Shown one piece after another: positions 50,874 through 63,150 of a stretch of DNA of 64,000 nucleotides; within the stretch, counting starts at the first letter, position 1, and each line of letters opens with the position of its first letter. Where the stretch lies: assembly GCA_951406725.2 (NCBI GenBank), contig OX597816.1:90272001-90336000 (forward strand). The letters run 5' to 3'. The DNA is from Octopus vulgaris (taxonomy: Eukaryota). Made by a program: the position numbers and the translations under genes. The notes beneath the pieces were generated by a model. The model ran no database searches, had not been told where the DNA came from, and was given only the letters and a program-made list of their open reading frames with translations.

Positions 50874-51270
50874 TTTATGTGCCACCGACACAGGTGCCAG
50901 ACAAGGCTGGCGAACGGCCACGCTCGGATGGTGTTTTTATGTGCCACCGACACAGGTGCCAGACGAGGCTGGCAGACGGCCACGCTCGGATGGTGTTTTT
51001 ATGTGCCACTGACACAGGTGCCAGACGAGGCTGGCAGACGGCCACGCTCGGATGGTGTTTTTATGTGCCACCGACACAGGTGCCAGACAAGGCTGGCAGA
51101 CGGCCACGCTCGGATGGTGTTTTTATGTGCCACCGACACAGGTGCCAGACGAGGCTGGCAGACGGCCACGCTCGGACGGTGTTTGTTACGTGCCCACAGC
51201 ACGGAGGCCAGTCGATGCGGTACTGGCTACGGTCCCGTTAGGATGGTTTCCTTATGTGCCACCGGCACTA
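50874..51270 (-). repeat. 62-bp tandem array in the RTE 3' UTR (5 near-identical and 2 diverged units)
   Basis: gccac core at 50881, 50943, 51005, 51067 and 51129 (period 62), then diverged copies at ~51192 and ~51258. Confidence 0.93.
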
Positions 51271-51446
51271 ATTTACCACAAGGATACAAATTCCATTGAT
51301 GTTCATCTATTTTGATTTGGTTTGACTTGATTCGATTTGACTTTGATTTGATTTGCCTCAACAGGTCTTCTCAAGTGTCACAAGCAGGAAGGTATGCACA
51401 GGCGGACTGACTACGTCCCAGGTAGGGGCCACGGGTTATGGCTTCA

Positions 51447-54104
51447 CTAGTCTTGCCGGGTCTTCTCACGCACAGCATACTTCCATAGGTTTCGGTCTCT
51501 GGTCATTTCCATGGTGAGACCTAATGTTCGAAGGTCGTGCTTCACCACCTCGTCCCAGGTTTTCCTGGGTCTACCTCTTCCACGGGTTCCCTCAACTGCT
51601 AGGGATTGGCACTTTCTCACACACCTATCTTCATCCATTCTCGCCACATGACCATACCATCGCAATCGTCTCTCTTGCACGCAACAACTGATGCTTCTTA
51701 GGTACAACATTTCTCTTAGGGAACTAACACTCTGTCGAGTAAGTACACTGACATTACACATCCATCGGAGCATACTGGCTTCATTCCTCATGAGCTTACG
51801 CATGTCCTCAGCAGTCACGGCCCATGTTTCACTGCCATGTAGCATGGCAGTTCGAACACATGCATCATACAGTCTGCCCTTTACTCTGAGCGAGAGGCCT
51901 TTAGTCACCAGCAGAGGTAAGAGCTCCCTAAACTTTGCCCAGGCTATTCTTATTCTAGCAGTTACACTCTCAGCGCACCCACCCCCACTACTGACTTGGT
52001 CACCTAGATAACGGAAGCTATCAACTACTTCTAATTTTTCCCCCTGGAAAGTGACGGAAGTTGTTTTCTGCAGATTTTCGGAGGTCAATGCTCCCGAGCA
52101 TCTGCCACATATAAAGACTATCTTCCCAGTTAGCCTACCTTTGACATTGCTGCACCTCTTATGTGTCCATAGCTTACACTGGGTACATCTTATAGAGTTT
52201 CTACCTACACCTTTTCTACAGATCGAGCAGGGCCATCTTCCTGAGGACATTTGTGGATTGCCTACCTTTCTACTTATTAGTACTTTGGTTTTAGCTAGGT
52301 TGACTCTAAGGCCCCTCGATTCTAAACCCTCCTTCCACACCTGGAACTTCTCCTCCAGTTCTGATAGTGACTCAGCAATTAGAGCGAGGTCGTCAGCATA
52401 GAGGAGCTCCCAGGGGCAACCTGTCGTGAATTCCTCTGTTATTGCCTGGAGGACTATGATAAATAGGAGGGGGCTGAGTACTGAACCCTGGTGGACCCCA
52501 ACCTCTACTTTGAATTCTTCTGTGTACATGTTGCCAACCCTAACCTTGCTTACGGCATCTCTGTACATGGCTTGCACAGCCCTCACCAGCCATTCATCTA
52601 TCCCTAGTTTCCTCATTGACCACCAGATGAGGGATCGGGGGACCCTATCAAAGGCTTTCTCCATGTCAACGAAAGCCAGGTACAGGGGCTTATCTTTGGC
52701 TAGGTATTTCTCCTGCAGCTGCCTTACCAGGAATATAGCATCAGTGGTGCTTTTCCCTGGCACAAACCCAAACTGCATCTCATCTAAACTAACTCTCTCT
52801 CTAATTAGTTGGGCTATGACCCTCTCCGTAACCTTCATTACCTGATCCAACAGCTTGATACCTCTGTAATTATTTGTATCTAGGGCATCACCTTTACCTT
52901 TGTAGCAGTTGACTAGTACGCTGCTACACCAGTCATTGGGTATGACTCCTTCGTGTATCACCTGGTTGACTATACGGGTGACTAGGTTGTAGCCGACACT
53001 GCCAGATATTTTGAGCATCTCTGCATTAATTCCCGATGGGCCTGGGGCTTTCCCTGTCTTCATGCTTCTAATTGCCTTAGCTACCACGGAACTATCAACT
53101 TGGATAGCTGGTCCCTCTGTTGGGTCAACATTCGGCAGACTCTCTTTATCCCATTCATTTTCTTTATTCAGCAACCTTTCATAGTGGCATCTCCAAACCT
53201 CTCTCTTTGCATCCTCATTTAGCGCAAGTGAACCATCATCCATGCGAACACACTTCTCTCCTACCACATCACGATTCTCTCTCACACACTGTCTTGCAAC
53301 ACGAAATACCTCAAGTCTTTCATCCTCACGGCGCAGAACATTGGCAAATTTTTTCTTATCCGCTTCCCCTCTGGCTAAATAAACCTGTCTCCTAGCTTCC
53401 CTTCTGGCTGTCTGATACAATTCCCTGCTACCACCGTTCTTCCAGTCCTTCCAAGCCTGTCTCTTTTGTCTAATAGCCCTGTCAACCACAGTGTTCCACC
53501 ACCATGTCACTCTGGGTTGAGATGGTACTTTGCTCCATCCACAGATCTGGTCAGTGGCTGTCAGCAGATTGTCCCGTAGAAATCTCCAGTTGTCTTCCAC
53601 ATTAAGTGAAGCTATATCCCCTTCTATTTCGTCAAAGGCTTCGAGTAGTATGTCTCTAAATTTCTGTCCATTTGCAGGATCTTTAAGCTTCCAGACCCTT
53701 CTCCTCCAAGCAGGTCTTCTTCTGGGCAACCATTTAGCTCTGATCCTGAAGTCGCTAACTACTAATCTATGTTGAGGAGTGCATTCTTCGCCTGGAAAGG
53801 TTTTGGCATTTATAATCAGCCCTCTTTCCCTTTTTCTGGCAAGGATGTAGTCGATCTGGCTGGTGTGTCTGCCAGAACGGTAGGTGACTAGGTGAGAGGA
53901 GAGTTTCCTGAAGTTGGTATTGCAGACCATAAGGTCATTTGCATCGCAGAACTCCAGCAGCCTGGTTCCCTCCTCATTATGAGAGCCGAAACCGTAGCCT
54001 CCATGGACGCCATGGAAGCCCCCGACATGCCGTCCGACATGTCCATTGAAATCACCTGCCACGAAGAGAAGGTCACTGTCATTTGTCAACGAGGTAGTTC
54101 GCAA
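51447..54104 (-). CDS. RTE endonuclease/reverse transcriptase ORF. The frame stays open upstream to ~54250; the endonuclease N-terminus is missing.
   Basis: 885 aa without stops. Motifs KAPGPSG, NYRGIKLL, QFGF, FVDMEKAFDRV, GVHQGSVLSP, LLYADD, RLRWYGHVAR, RGRPRKTW. Confidence 0.96.
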   Translation of the reverse strand: MRTTSLTNDSDLLFVAGDFNGHVGRHVGGFHGVHGGYGFGSHNEEGTRLLEFCDANDLMVCNTNFRKLSSHLVTYRSGRHTSQIDYILARKRERGLIINAKTFPGEECTPQHRLVVSDFRIRAKWLPRRRPAWRRRVWKLKDPANGQKFRDILLEAFDEIEGDIASLNVEDNWRFLRDNLLTATDQICGWSKVPSQPRVTWWWNTVVDRAIRQKRQAWKDWKNGGSRELYQTARREARRQVYLARGEADKKKFANVLRREDERLEVFRVARQCVRENRDVVGEKCVRMDDGSLALNEDAKREVWRCHYERLLNKENEWDKESLPNVDPTEGPAIQVDSSVVAKAIRSMKTGKAPGPSGINAEMLKISGSVGYNLVTRIVNQVIHEGVIPNDWCSSVLVNCYKGKGDALDTNNYRGIKLLDQVMKVTERVIAQLIRERVSLDEMQFGFVPGKSTTDAIFLVRQLQEKYLAKDKPLYLAFVDMEKAFDRVPRSLIWWSMRKLGIDEWLVRAVQAMYRDAVSKVRVGNMYTEEFKVEVGVHQGSVLSPLLFIIVLQAITEEFTTGCPWELLYADDLALIAESLSELEEKFQVWKEGLESRGLRVNLAKTKVLISRKVGNPQMSSGRWPCSICRKGVGRNSIRCTQCKLWTHKRCSNVKGRLTGKIVFICGRCSGALTSENLQKTTSVTFQGEKLEVVDSFRYLGDQVSSGGGCAESVTARIRIAWAKFRELLPLLVTKGLSLRVKGRLYDACVRTAMLHGSETWAVTAEDMRKLMRNEASMLRWMCNVSVLTRQSVSSLREMLYLRSISCCVQERRLRWYGHVARMDEDRCVRKCQSLAVEGTRGRGRPRKTWDEVVKHDLRTLGLTMEMTRDRNLWKYAVREKTRQD

Positions 54105-54473
54105 TAGGGTGTCATAGAATTGGTCTTTTTGTCCTTCCGGTAGCCCTGGTTGAGGGGCATATGCCGAGATGATGGTAACTGTCCTGTGATGAAGAACTAA
54201 TCTAATTTTAATTACTCTGTCACTTACTCTGACTACCTCAATTACCTTACCTACTTCAGGTTTGTTTATCCTTCTTCTTCAAAGAAGTTCAAAGAACTAG
54301 GGTTCCTTCATTCCCAGTAGTTCACATGCTAGTTAATCCATAGCTTGGATCCTACTCCATGTCAGAGTAGACCTGGAAACAAAAGTGGGTAAAAGGTGGT
54401 TCCACACTCCTCAAAACTCTGGAACTCATGAACCAGAGCCCCAGCACCAGTTTAAAGTCATACCTAGGATATA

Positions 54474-54815
54474 TGCGCATGGCTCAGTGGTTAGAGCGTC
54501 GAGCTTACGATCGTGAGGTTGTGAGCTCGAATCCCGGACCGGGCTGCGTGTTGTGTTCTCGAGCAAGGCACTTTATTTCACGTTGCTCCAGTTCACTCAG
54601 CTGTAGAAATGAGTTGCGACGTCACTGGTGCCAAGCTGTATCGACCTTTGTCTTTCCCTTGGATAACACTGGTGGCGTGGAGAGGGAGGCTGGTTTGCAT
54701 GGGCGACTGCTGGCCTTCCATAAACAACCTTGCCCGGACTTGTGCCTGGGAGGGTAACTTTCTAGGTGCAATCCCATGGTCATTCATGACCGAAGGGGGT
54801 CTTTACCCCCTTTAC
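54474..54815 (+). mobile_element. tRNA-derived SINE, family C
   Basis: A box tggctcagtgg, B box gagctcgaatccc, tail ctttacccctttac. CpG-rich, so probably young. Confidence 0.82.
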
Positions 54816-55148
54816 ATGCACACACAAACACCTATATATTTATCATCATAATCATCATCATTTAATATCGGCTTTCCATGCTGGCATGGATTGGATGGTT
54901 TGACAGGATCTGACCAGCCAGAAGGCTGAACCAAGGTCAAACTGTTTGCTTTGGCATGGTTTCTAAAGATGGATGTCCTTCCTATTGCCAACCACTTTAC
55001 AGAGTGTACTGGGTGCATTTTACATGGCACAAGTACCACCAAGGTCACCAAGTACTTTGCAAGATAAGGTGATGACAGGTTAGAGTGTGAGTAGAGGGAC
55101 AATAGATGTCTTGCATTAAAAGAGATACATGGTTATGTTAGCTGGAAA

Positions 55149-55276
<128 letters not shown>

Positions 55277-58164
55277 AGATGAAGATGTGTCAGGGGCATA
55301 GACTCAAGTTACAGGGAAGTGTATATGAGTGAAGTGGAACAGAGGGTTAGATAGGTGGGTGGGCAGGTATCCAATCCTTTGTATGAAAGTGCAAAAGGAA
55401 TGTGGTAGATAGAGGGAAGGAATATAGTGTGAAAACAGTGGAAATGTCTGTAGAAATTTGCCTCAGTAAATTCCATCTGACCCATGTGAGCATAGAAAAG
55501 TGAACATCTAAAACAATGATAATGTTGATGATGATGATATGTTACAGAAAACAGTAGTGAAGTGGAATGATTTATACAATTCAGTGAATTACCATGGAGC
55601 AAAGGCTTAAAACGTCTTCCAATATTCTTCCAGCAATCAAAAACTGAGGGTTGTCAGTAACGATGTGAATAAATTAGAACTTCTAATAGACTCATACTCT
55701 GACACCAACCATAGAACCATAGAAACCAAAATCATACAAGAGTTTCAAAATACTAAAATTCTTGGCCCAGAGGATTAAGAATTTCTAGAGGGCATTTACA
55801 TTAGTGAAGGGAATTGGCTTCTTGGTACATCTTTGTTGTTACTCCTGAAACTTCTTGCCAATGTCTTTCTTATTGGCATTAATCACACTGACTGCCCCAA
55901 TCTAGAAGGACCTGCTGTGCAGTTATGGGTGTTGCCTCTCTTTCTATTAGATAATACAAAGATCTTAAAATTGTATTGAAATCTATTGGCAGCACAGCAC
56001 AAATCTTTTCCAGTTTTCTAAATTGTTGAAGTAAATTTCTAAATTGTTGAAAGTCTTTTCTTGACACAACCAACATTTACTATGTTTTCTGACTTACTTT
56101 TGAATATGATTCTTTTTTCTAATTTATCTTAATGAGATACTACACATTAAAATATTGCACACACACTACCAGCACTCAAGTTAGAATCTTTGGATTTGCT
56201 CATGTTTCATTCCTGACAATTTGCTTTTCAGGCCTTTAATTTTATGGTATAAAAATAATGGGCTTTTCTTTGTAAATGCCAGAATCAAAATACAAAGAAG
56301 TCATGCATTTTAACTGACCTGTCAAACACTATTCTATCTATAAATGAAACTCAGTATAGCTTTTAACTTTGTTCTTACAGTAGTTATTTAAAATAACCCC
56401 TAAAATCTCAAATACATCCTTGGACAAGATCATCTTGATGCCACTACACAGTGTATAACATAGAATCTAACACTACCAACATACAATCAATATCAGATGC
56501 AAATGCAACCCAAATCTTATAAAACAAATACAAATGTGTATCACATCACAATCAACAATGTTAACATTCTACATGGTATCAAAGTTTTAAAATAAGGAAA
56601 GTATTAATTTCATTTTCAAGTAGTATATCAAATCAACAATGAATCCCATGAATCCTAAGTGGTGACCTCAATTTCTCTATCTTGGATGTTACACAAACAA
56701 TGCTCTCTGTATAAGCTGCATATACACATAGCATCGAATGGTCATTTATGGAAAAAAAAATATCAAAGTACATAGGCGCAGGTCATTTATGGAAAAGAAA
56801 AAAAAAATCAAAGTACATAGGCACAAGAGTGGCTTACTTACCAACCACATGGTTCTGGGTTCAGTCCCATTGCGTGACACCTTCGGTGACACCTCGGGCC
56901 GACCAAAGCCTTGTGAGTGGATTTGGTAGACAGAAACTGAAAGAAGCCCGTCGTATATAAGTATATGTATATATACATGTGTGTGTGTGTTTGTGTTCCC
57001 AACATCACTTGACAACCGATGCTGGTGTGTTTACATCCCTGTAACTTAGCGGTTTGACAAAAGAGACCGATAGAATAAGTATTAGGCTTACAAAGAATAA
57101 GTCCTGGGGTCAATTTGCTCGACTAAAGGCAATGCTCCAGCATGGCCGCAGTCAAATGACTGAAACAAGTAAAAGAGTAAAGAGAATAGGTGCAAGCATG
57201 GCTGTGTAGTAAGAAGCTTACTTCCCAACCACATGGTGCTGGGTTCAGTCCCACTGCATGGTACCTTGGGCAAGTGATTTTTTTTCTGTAGCCTTGGGCC
57301 AACCAAAGCTTTGTGAGTGGATTTGATAGACAGAAACTGAAAGAAGCTTTTCATATATATGTATATATATCTGTGTGTGTGTGTCTGTTTTTGTCCCCCC
57401 ATCACTGTTTGACAACCAGTGTTGGTGTGTTTCCATCCCCGTAACTTAACAGTTCGGCAAAAAAAAGTGCTGGGGTTGACACATTCAACTATAAATTCTT
57501 CAAGGTGGTGCCCTGAAGCAAGTAAAAGATAGACTTAAAAAATACATAGACAAACAAGATAGAACAGATGTGTTCCCAAAGACAATATATCCAATTACCA
57601 AGAAAATCTTAGACAAACCAAACCAATATCCTCTCTTAGATAATTCATATGTTCCAAACAAACTCAAGACATAGGCAAACTGTATTTTTCTTTCCACACA
57701 AGTAAATTTTTGTAATGTAGTGAAGATAACCCCTTATCATATTTGCAGTTTGTAATTGCCAACAAACATTGGTTATATTTGTACCAAAACTGTTCAAGAA
57801 AGAATGAATTAAGTAGTTTCAAAAGTTCTTAAAGTTATTTACAACCCCTATCTATTTATTATTACCTACTTATAACAGTAGCAGTAGTTTCTTTCTATCA
57901 GTAATACCGGATATTGTAAAAATCCTTATCAGCAGTATAATATAGATTAGATAGAAAGGAAAACAATTTTTTAAAAAGGAGAATTAAGAGAAATTTGTTT
58001 TCACAGTTACATTGCTGGAGTTATCTTTGTGGGAGGTTTTATTGTAGGTTGAGAAGGAACTATATAAATGGTGATTTGTCATAGGCTGTGTTCAGCAAGA
58101 CTTTTGTGTAGGGAGTTTAATTTATGAGAAGGTTAATAATTGAAGATTGTTTTTGTGTGGAGAA

Positions 58165-58774
58165 TCAAAATCAAAGTGAAATTCGAGCTTGCAAAGACCT
58201 GTTGAGGCAAGTGAAATCAAAATCAAAGTGAAATTCGATGACTGGCACCCATGCTAGCAGGGTGCAAAGAGCACCATACGAGTGTGATCGTTGACAGAGC
58301 GGCTGACCGGCTTCCGTGCCAGTGACACATAAAAGGCACCATTTGAGTGTGATCGTTACCAGCATCGCCTTACTGGCACTTTTGCCCCATGCTAGTAGGG
58401 TGCTAAGAGCACCATCTGAGCGTGATCATTGCCAGAGCGTCTAACTGGCTTCCGTGCTGGTGGCATGTAAAAGGCACCATTCGAGCATGATTGTTACCAG
58501 CATCGTCTTACTGGCACCTGTGCCAGTGGCATGTGTAAAAAGATTCGAGCGAGATCGTTGCCAGTACTGCCTGACTGGCCACCGTGCTGATGGCACATAA
58601 AAGCACCCACTACACTCTTGGAGTGGTTGGCTTTAGGAAGGGCATCCAGCTAAAGAAACTCTGCTAGATCAAGATTGGAGCCTGGTGCAGCCATTTGGTT
58701 TGCCAGCCCTCAGTCAAAATCGTCCAACCCATGCTAGCATGGAAAGCGGATGTTAAACGACGACGATGATGATG
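58165..58774 (+). mobile_element. RTE 3' UTR fragment with tandem repeat units
   Basis: Reverse-orientation homologue of 15014-15570, ending in gacgatgatgatg. Confidence 0.88.
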
Positions 58775-61700
58775 AATAATTAATTATAATCCTATGATGA
58801 GGTTACTATTATTTTTATTGTGTAGTTGTAACGTAAGGGCTCCTCCTTTTGTTAATTTAGTGAGGGAGGTTATGTTGTACATTGCTATATATAAATATAC
58901 ATAAAACATGCTACTCCAGCATCAACTATGAGGGTTCTTCAAATTCTACATGTAAATTAAATGAGAGAAAGAGATCGATCCTTTCATAAAATATTTTGTG
59001 AAATGCAGATGAAAGATGCCATCTTGGGTTGGATAAATGGAGCAAACCTATTATCCTATTTATTTGTGTAACAAAGAGTGATTGTTCAGAACAAAAGTGT
59101 GGTTGTCTACAGCAGAGAAAGCCTTTCCTCAACATTGGGATATATTTTAATCATTGTACTGTTTTGAGTTATGAATTTGCTTTGTAGTTTTTGTGATATT
59201 GTTCATTGTTTTAAAATAAGTTGATGTGATCAGTGTTAACACTGATTGTAAATTCTATCTTTCTACTTGGACTGACCAGTAGAAAGCACAGTTGAACTGG
59301 AAATGGGAAGAAATGACTGGTTTGATAGTTAGCATGAAAAGGCATCATTGGAACAATTTTTTTATTTCAAGTTTAGTTCAATAGACATGCTGTCTCTTGT
59401 AGCTTCTGTTTATACAATCATATTAAAGCTGTTATTATCAAGACGAAGCAGTATCTTACTTGCAATGAGGTATATAAGGGTTATTTTATTTACTGGCACA
59501 TCTCTGGAAACATGTTAACCATCTCAAAAATCAAGATGCTATACATAAAGATAATTATGTACAAGAGCTTATAGCTTGGCATCTGAAGAAATAATACCAT
59601 TCTAGTCAAGAGTTTATCACTGGTGGCCAAAATTTTACACATCTGCTTTTTATGAAAAAGCTCAGTCTCTTTGCTCAGAAAATTCTTCAGTAGTCACTTC
59701 ACTGAGTCTCTGGATTCCACCACAATTTGTGCAGATATGTGCTAAATTCTGCTAAGACATTTAAAGAAATGCCTACATGAAATATAGCTATCCAGGAGTC
59801 ATGTCTTTAAGCAGCACATTGGTTTGACTATGCTAAAGTCAGGGTCAAGCATAAGCTAATGATTACATTTCAAGTGTTGTTAGAAACCATTTTTGCTTTT
59901 ACTGCTTTCTTTAGAGATTAGTGGAAAACATGACTAATAGTTTGACTCTGCAAAAAACTTTTCATAATTCTCAAGCTAATAGCCAATTTCTAGAAATCCT
60001 TGGCTCTGCTGGTTCAAGAAGACCTTAGAAGTATAGCTACATTGATCCGAAATGTAAAAAAATTGAAGGTTAATCTGTTGGCTTATATCAAAGTTAAAGT
60101 GTTATGTATGATGCGTTTAAGTTTTCTATCAAGTCTAATGGGAGCACTATTCTGCTGACTGTCAATAGTAAAGATAGACAGCTTTTTCCAATCAGTCTAT
60201 GATCCCATACTTGAATGGGTTTAATATCACTAATTTCAAACTTCAGCTTATAACCTCTTTTCATTCAACTGAGTAGAATTGTGAGAAGAGTGATAAGATT
60301 CTAAAATTTTCCCATGGACTGATATTAAATAATAGGATTGTTAAAACTATTGAATCAAAATCTGTTTGTAAAGTACTTAGCCCAAGCATTAAAGCAAACA
60401 CTTCAACAATCTTGTCCCTGAACTTTGAACTATTCTATTATAAAAATTGATAAAATTCTGTAGAAATGGAGGGATTGTATTGACATGAATAAGTACCCAA
60501 ACTTTCAAACAATAATTCAACGTTCTTCTATCTTTGAAGCATTTTGTGGTTACATTTCTATTAGAAACACTTGACTTGGCAGATATATCCGAGTCTGTAA
60601 CTACTGTTGTCTTGCTTAAAGTTTGATCCCTCTGCACTTAGAATTATTACACCCTTATTTTGAGGAAGTGTTGCCTTTGACAAATTATTCAAATAAGTTG
60701 CTGAGTCATTTTGTAAAATCTTTAGCTGTTTCAATTACAAACCTTTTTCCCAATTTATCCAGTTAAAAGTGTGATACTTGATATTTTTAGTTAATCAAAA
60801 CAAGAGAGCAACACCCATAACTCTTGCAGGTTCTCCAAACTTAGTGCAATTGATCTTCAGTTTGATGCTCTGTAAGTTATTGTAAGTAGCATAAAGCTGG
60901 GCTGAGAGGGAATTTCAGAAGGTTGTATTTAGAATGATAGGGAAAGTCTATAGTGTGATTGAGAGTTGAAATACAATAAAAACAATAAGAGGGTGGAAAG
61001 ATGAGTGTTTCAGTTGAGTGGAGGTGCTATGCAGTTTGTATAAATAGGAGCAGAGATTGTAGTAGTAATAGTAGGAGACAGAGAAAAAACAGTGAGTCTG
61101 GCCCAGTCATATTGGGGATTGAAATATCCTCTTGTTTTGAAGAGAAAATTTAAGTTTTAAAATGTAGGTTTGGTGATGTTATATTCATAACATTAGCATG
61201 AGAGATCATCAAAGCTAGCAGTTGTAGCAAATATTTCTTAGGAGCTTAAATTGTATGTTGTTTGTGTGCAGAGGTGTGATATGTCAAGTAATATATTATT
61301 TTTGAAGGAAGTTTAGGGTTTTAGTTTATGGAGGTACTGCAAGTTTGGGGAGAAGAATTTGCTGGCATACAGATAACATATGTAAGAATGGTTGAAGAGT
61401 GAAGGACAGTATCATCCACACTGGTAGATTATGAGGTGTTAGAATTAACAGTAGGTAGGTCAGTATATACAGAAAGAGTATGTACTTTCCCCATCACTCA
61501 TAAACTTGAGTTAGATGGATGGAGCCAATAGCTAGGCAACTTAGCTACAAGAGTTCCGTACCAGACTAGGTAAAAAGCTTTTGAAGGGTAGGAGATACAT
61601 AGTGTATGCTGTAGAATAAGTTTTCATTAAATCTGGTTTGATAGATTTCATACTAGTAGTCTTTAAGGGAAGAAAGAGATAATTGTTTATGATATACTTT

Positions 61701-62919
61701 TGAGGTGCTGGAAATGAACACAATAAATCAATATCAACAGGATCAGAGAGATTGCTCTTCTTGAAAATGAGATACAGTAATTCCTTGACTATTGCGGGTG
61801 TTGTGTTCCAACCCCACCCCATGGTAAGTGAAAATCTGCAAGGTAGAAACAGTACTGTACTATATATTTATTATTATTATTTTTATAATTTGTATATATT
61901 TATTTTATAAATGCAAAACAACATGGAGGAATCAATGTAAGCCTAATGTACATTGTAATGTGTTTCCAAAAACATATTTTGAGATATATTTAGTGAGAGA
62001 GACAGACCAAAAAGGACAAGAGTTACCTTTGGGTATAATGTATTAAATGGACATAGATTAGTCACCTTATTGGAGCAATCAGATTTTGTGCTTCATTTGA
62101 TGACTGTGTGTACATGATGGTGAGCAACTGGGAAGGGTTATATTTTGTGTTATGCAGTGTAGAGTTGCAAGAAAATCTGACAGCAAACGTGGTGCATTGC
62201 TTTCTCAGTAAAGTAATAATCAATTTAGTTTCAAGAACCTTCACAACACCAAAATATTTTAAAATATTCTTGAATATTTTAACCATTATTATTGCTTATA
62301 AATCTGAAGTAACAGCAGTATTCATTGATCTCATTTCTACTTTAACCCTTTAGCATTTAAACCTGCCATAACCAGCCAAAATATTCCTGTTTTATACCAA
62401 ACTGGTCAGATCCAGCCTCTCACACCTACCCTACAATGTCATTCTGAAAATAAACAAACACCGCACTGAAATCTCAAAGATACAAGCTAATGCAGGATAA
62501 ATTCAAACAATGCGAATAAATAAGCATTACATTTGATAAAATAACTGAATGCTAAATGGCTATATGCAGTTAATTCTGATATTTTGTTGAATATTTTCCA
62601 TAAGAGCTACAACTTGAAGAATTTTCTTTTTTATTTCACATTACTATGGCTCTCAGTTTAAGCTGTTGTAGTACCTTACAAATATTATTATTCTTATTTC
62701 TGAATGAAGATGATCATAGTTGAAAACTAAAGCATAATTGGATCAAAAGAAAGTTTACTGTGATAGAAACTTTGGAAGAGAAGAAATATACATATCTGTT
62801 TTGAATGCAGTGTGTATTTTTGTTGAACGACTAATTGTTGTGTGAATTTATATATATAAAAAAATAATAAAAACAAACAATAAGCAATGATGTTTTTACC
62901 AGACAAAATTCAATCAATT

Positions 62920-63150
62920 TTATTTATGGCTAAAAAACATAACTTTGTCTTTCGAAGTAGCTTTTGCAAAAGCTGCTCGAATGCAAGCAAATACAATTTT
63001 TGGTGGTTGAGAAGCATTAACAGCTTCATGGATACCTTTTTTACTGTAATATTCTACTAATGGACTGGTCTGTGAATGGTAACTGTCAAGACGCTTTTTT
63101 AGTGTTGCTTCATTATCATCAGCTCTTGTGATGAGAGGTTCACCAGTTAC
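62920..63150 (-). CDS. AK2: Adenylate kinase 2, terminal coding exon ([35 protein letters not shown]...[17 protein letters not shown])
   Basis: ctacccag acceptor, 77 codons to TAA. TGEPL..R.DDN and PL.EYY adenylate kinase motifs. The C-terminus resembles the AK2A tail KATCKDLVMFI. Upstream exons were not found in the window. Confidence 0.92.
   Translation of the reverse strand, partial: VTGEPLITRADDNEATLKKRLDSYHSQTSPLVEYYSKKGIHEAVNASQPPKIVFACIRAAFAKATSKDKVMFFSHK

Larger units (their letters stand above)
50701..54252 (-). mobile_element. RTE-clade non-LTR retrotransposon, 5'-truncated, apparently young
   Basis: APE endonuclease (SAYAPQ, GDFNGH, SQIDY) plus RT, a long 3' UTR and a (GAT)n tail. 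Candidate TSD acttca at 50695-50700 and 54253-54258. Confidence 0.96.

Noticed and set aside
50874-51270. CRISPR-like appearance of regularly spaced repeats
   Set aside because: No unique spacers and no cas genes. The array is part of a LINE 3' UTR in eukaryotic DNA. No hammerhead core was found in the unit either.
50723-51315. Overlapping ORFs with repeated peptides (e.g. 186 aa)
   Set aside because: By-products of the 62-bp tandem array.
51691-53775. Several + strand ORFs of 81-139 aa
   Set aside because: Antisense shadows of the RTE ORF.
55600-61500. Possible highly decayed LTR-retrotransposon pol remnants (shared gcaacacccataact at ~55920 - and ~60808 +)
   Set aside because: No RT or integrase motif could be read with confidence. 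A translated search against TE proteins is needed.
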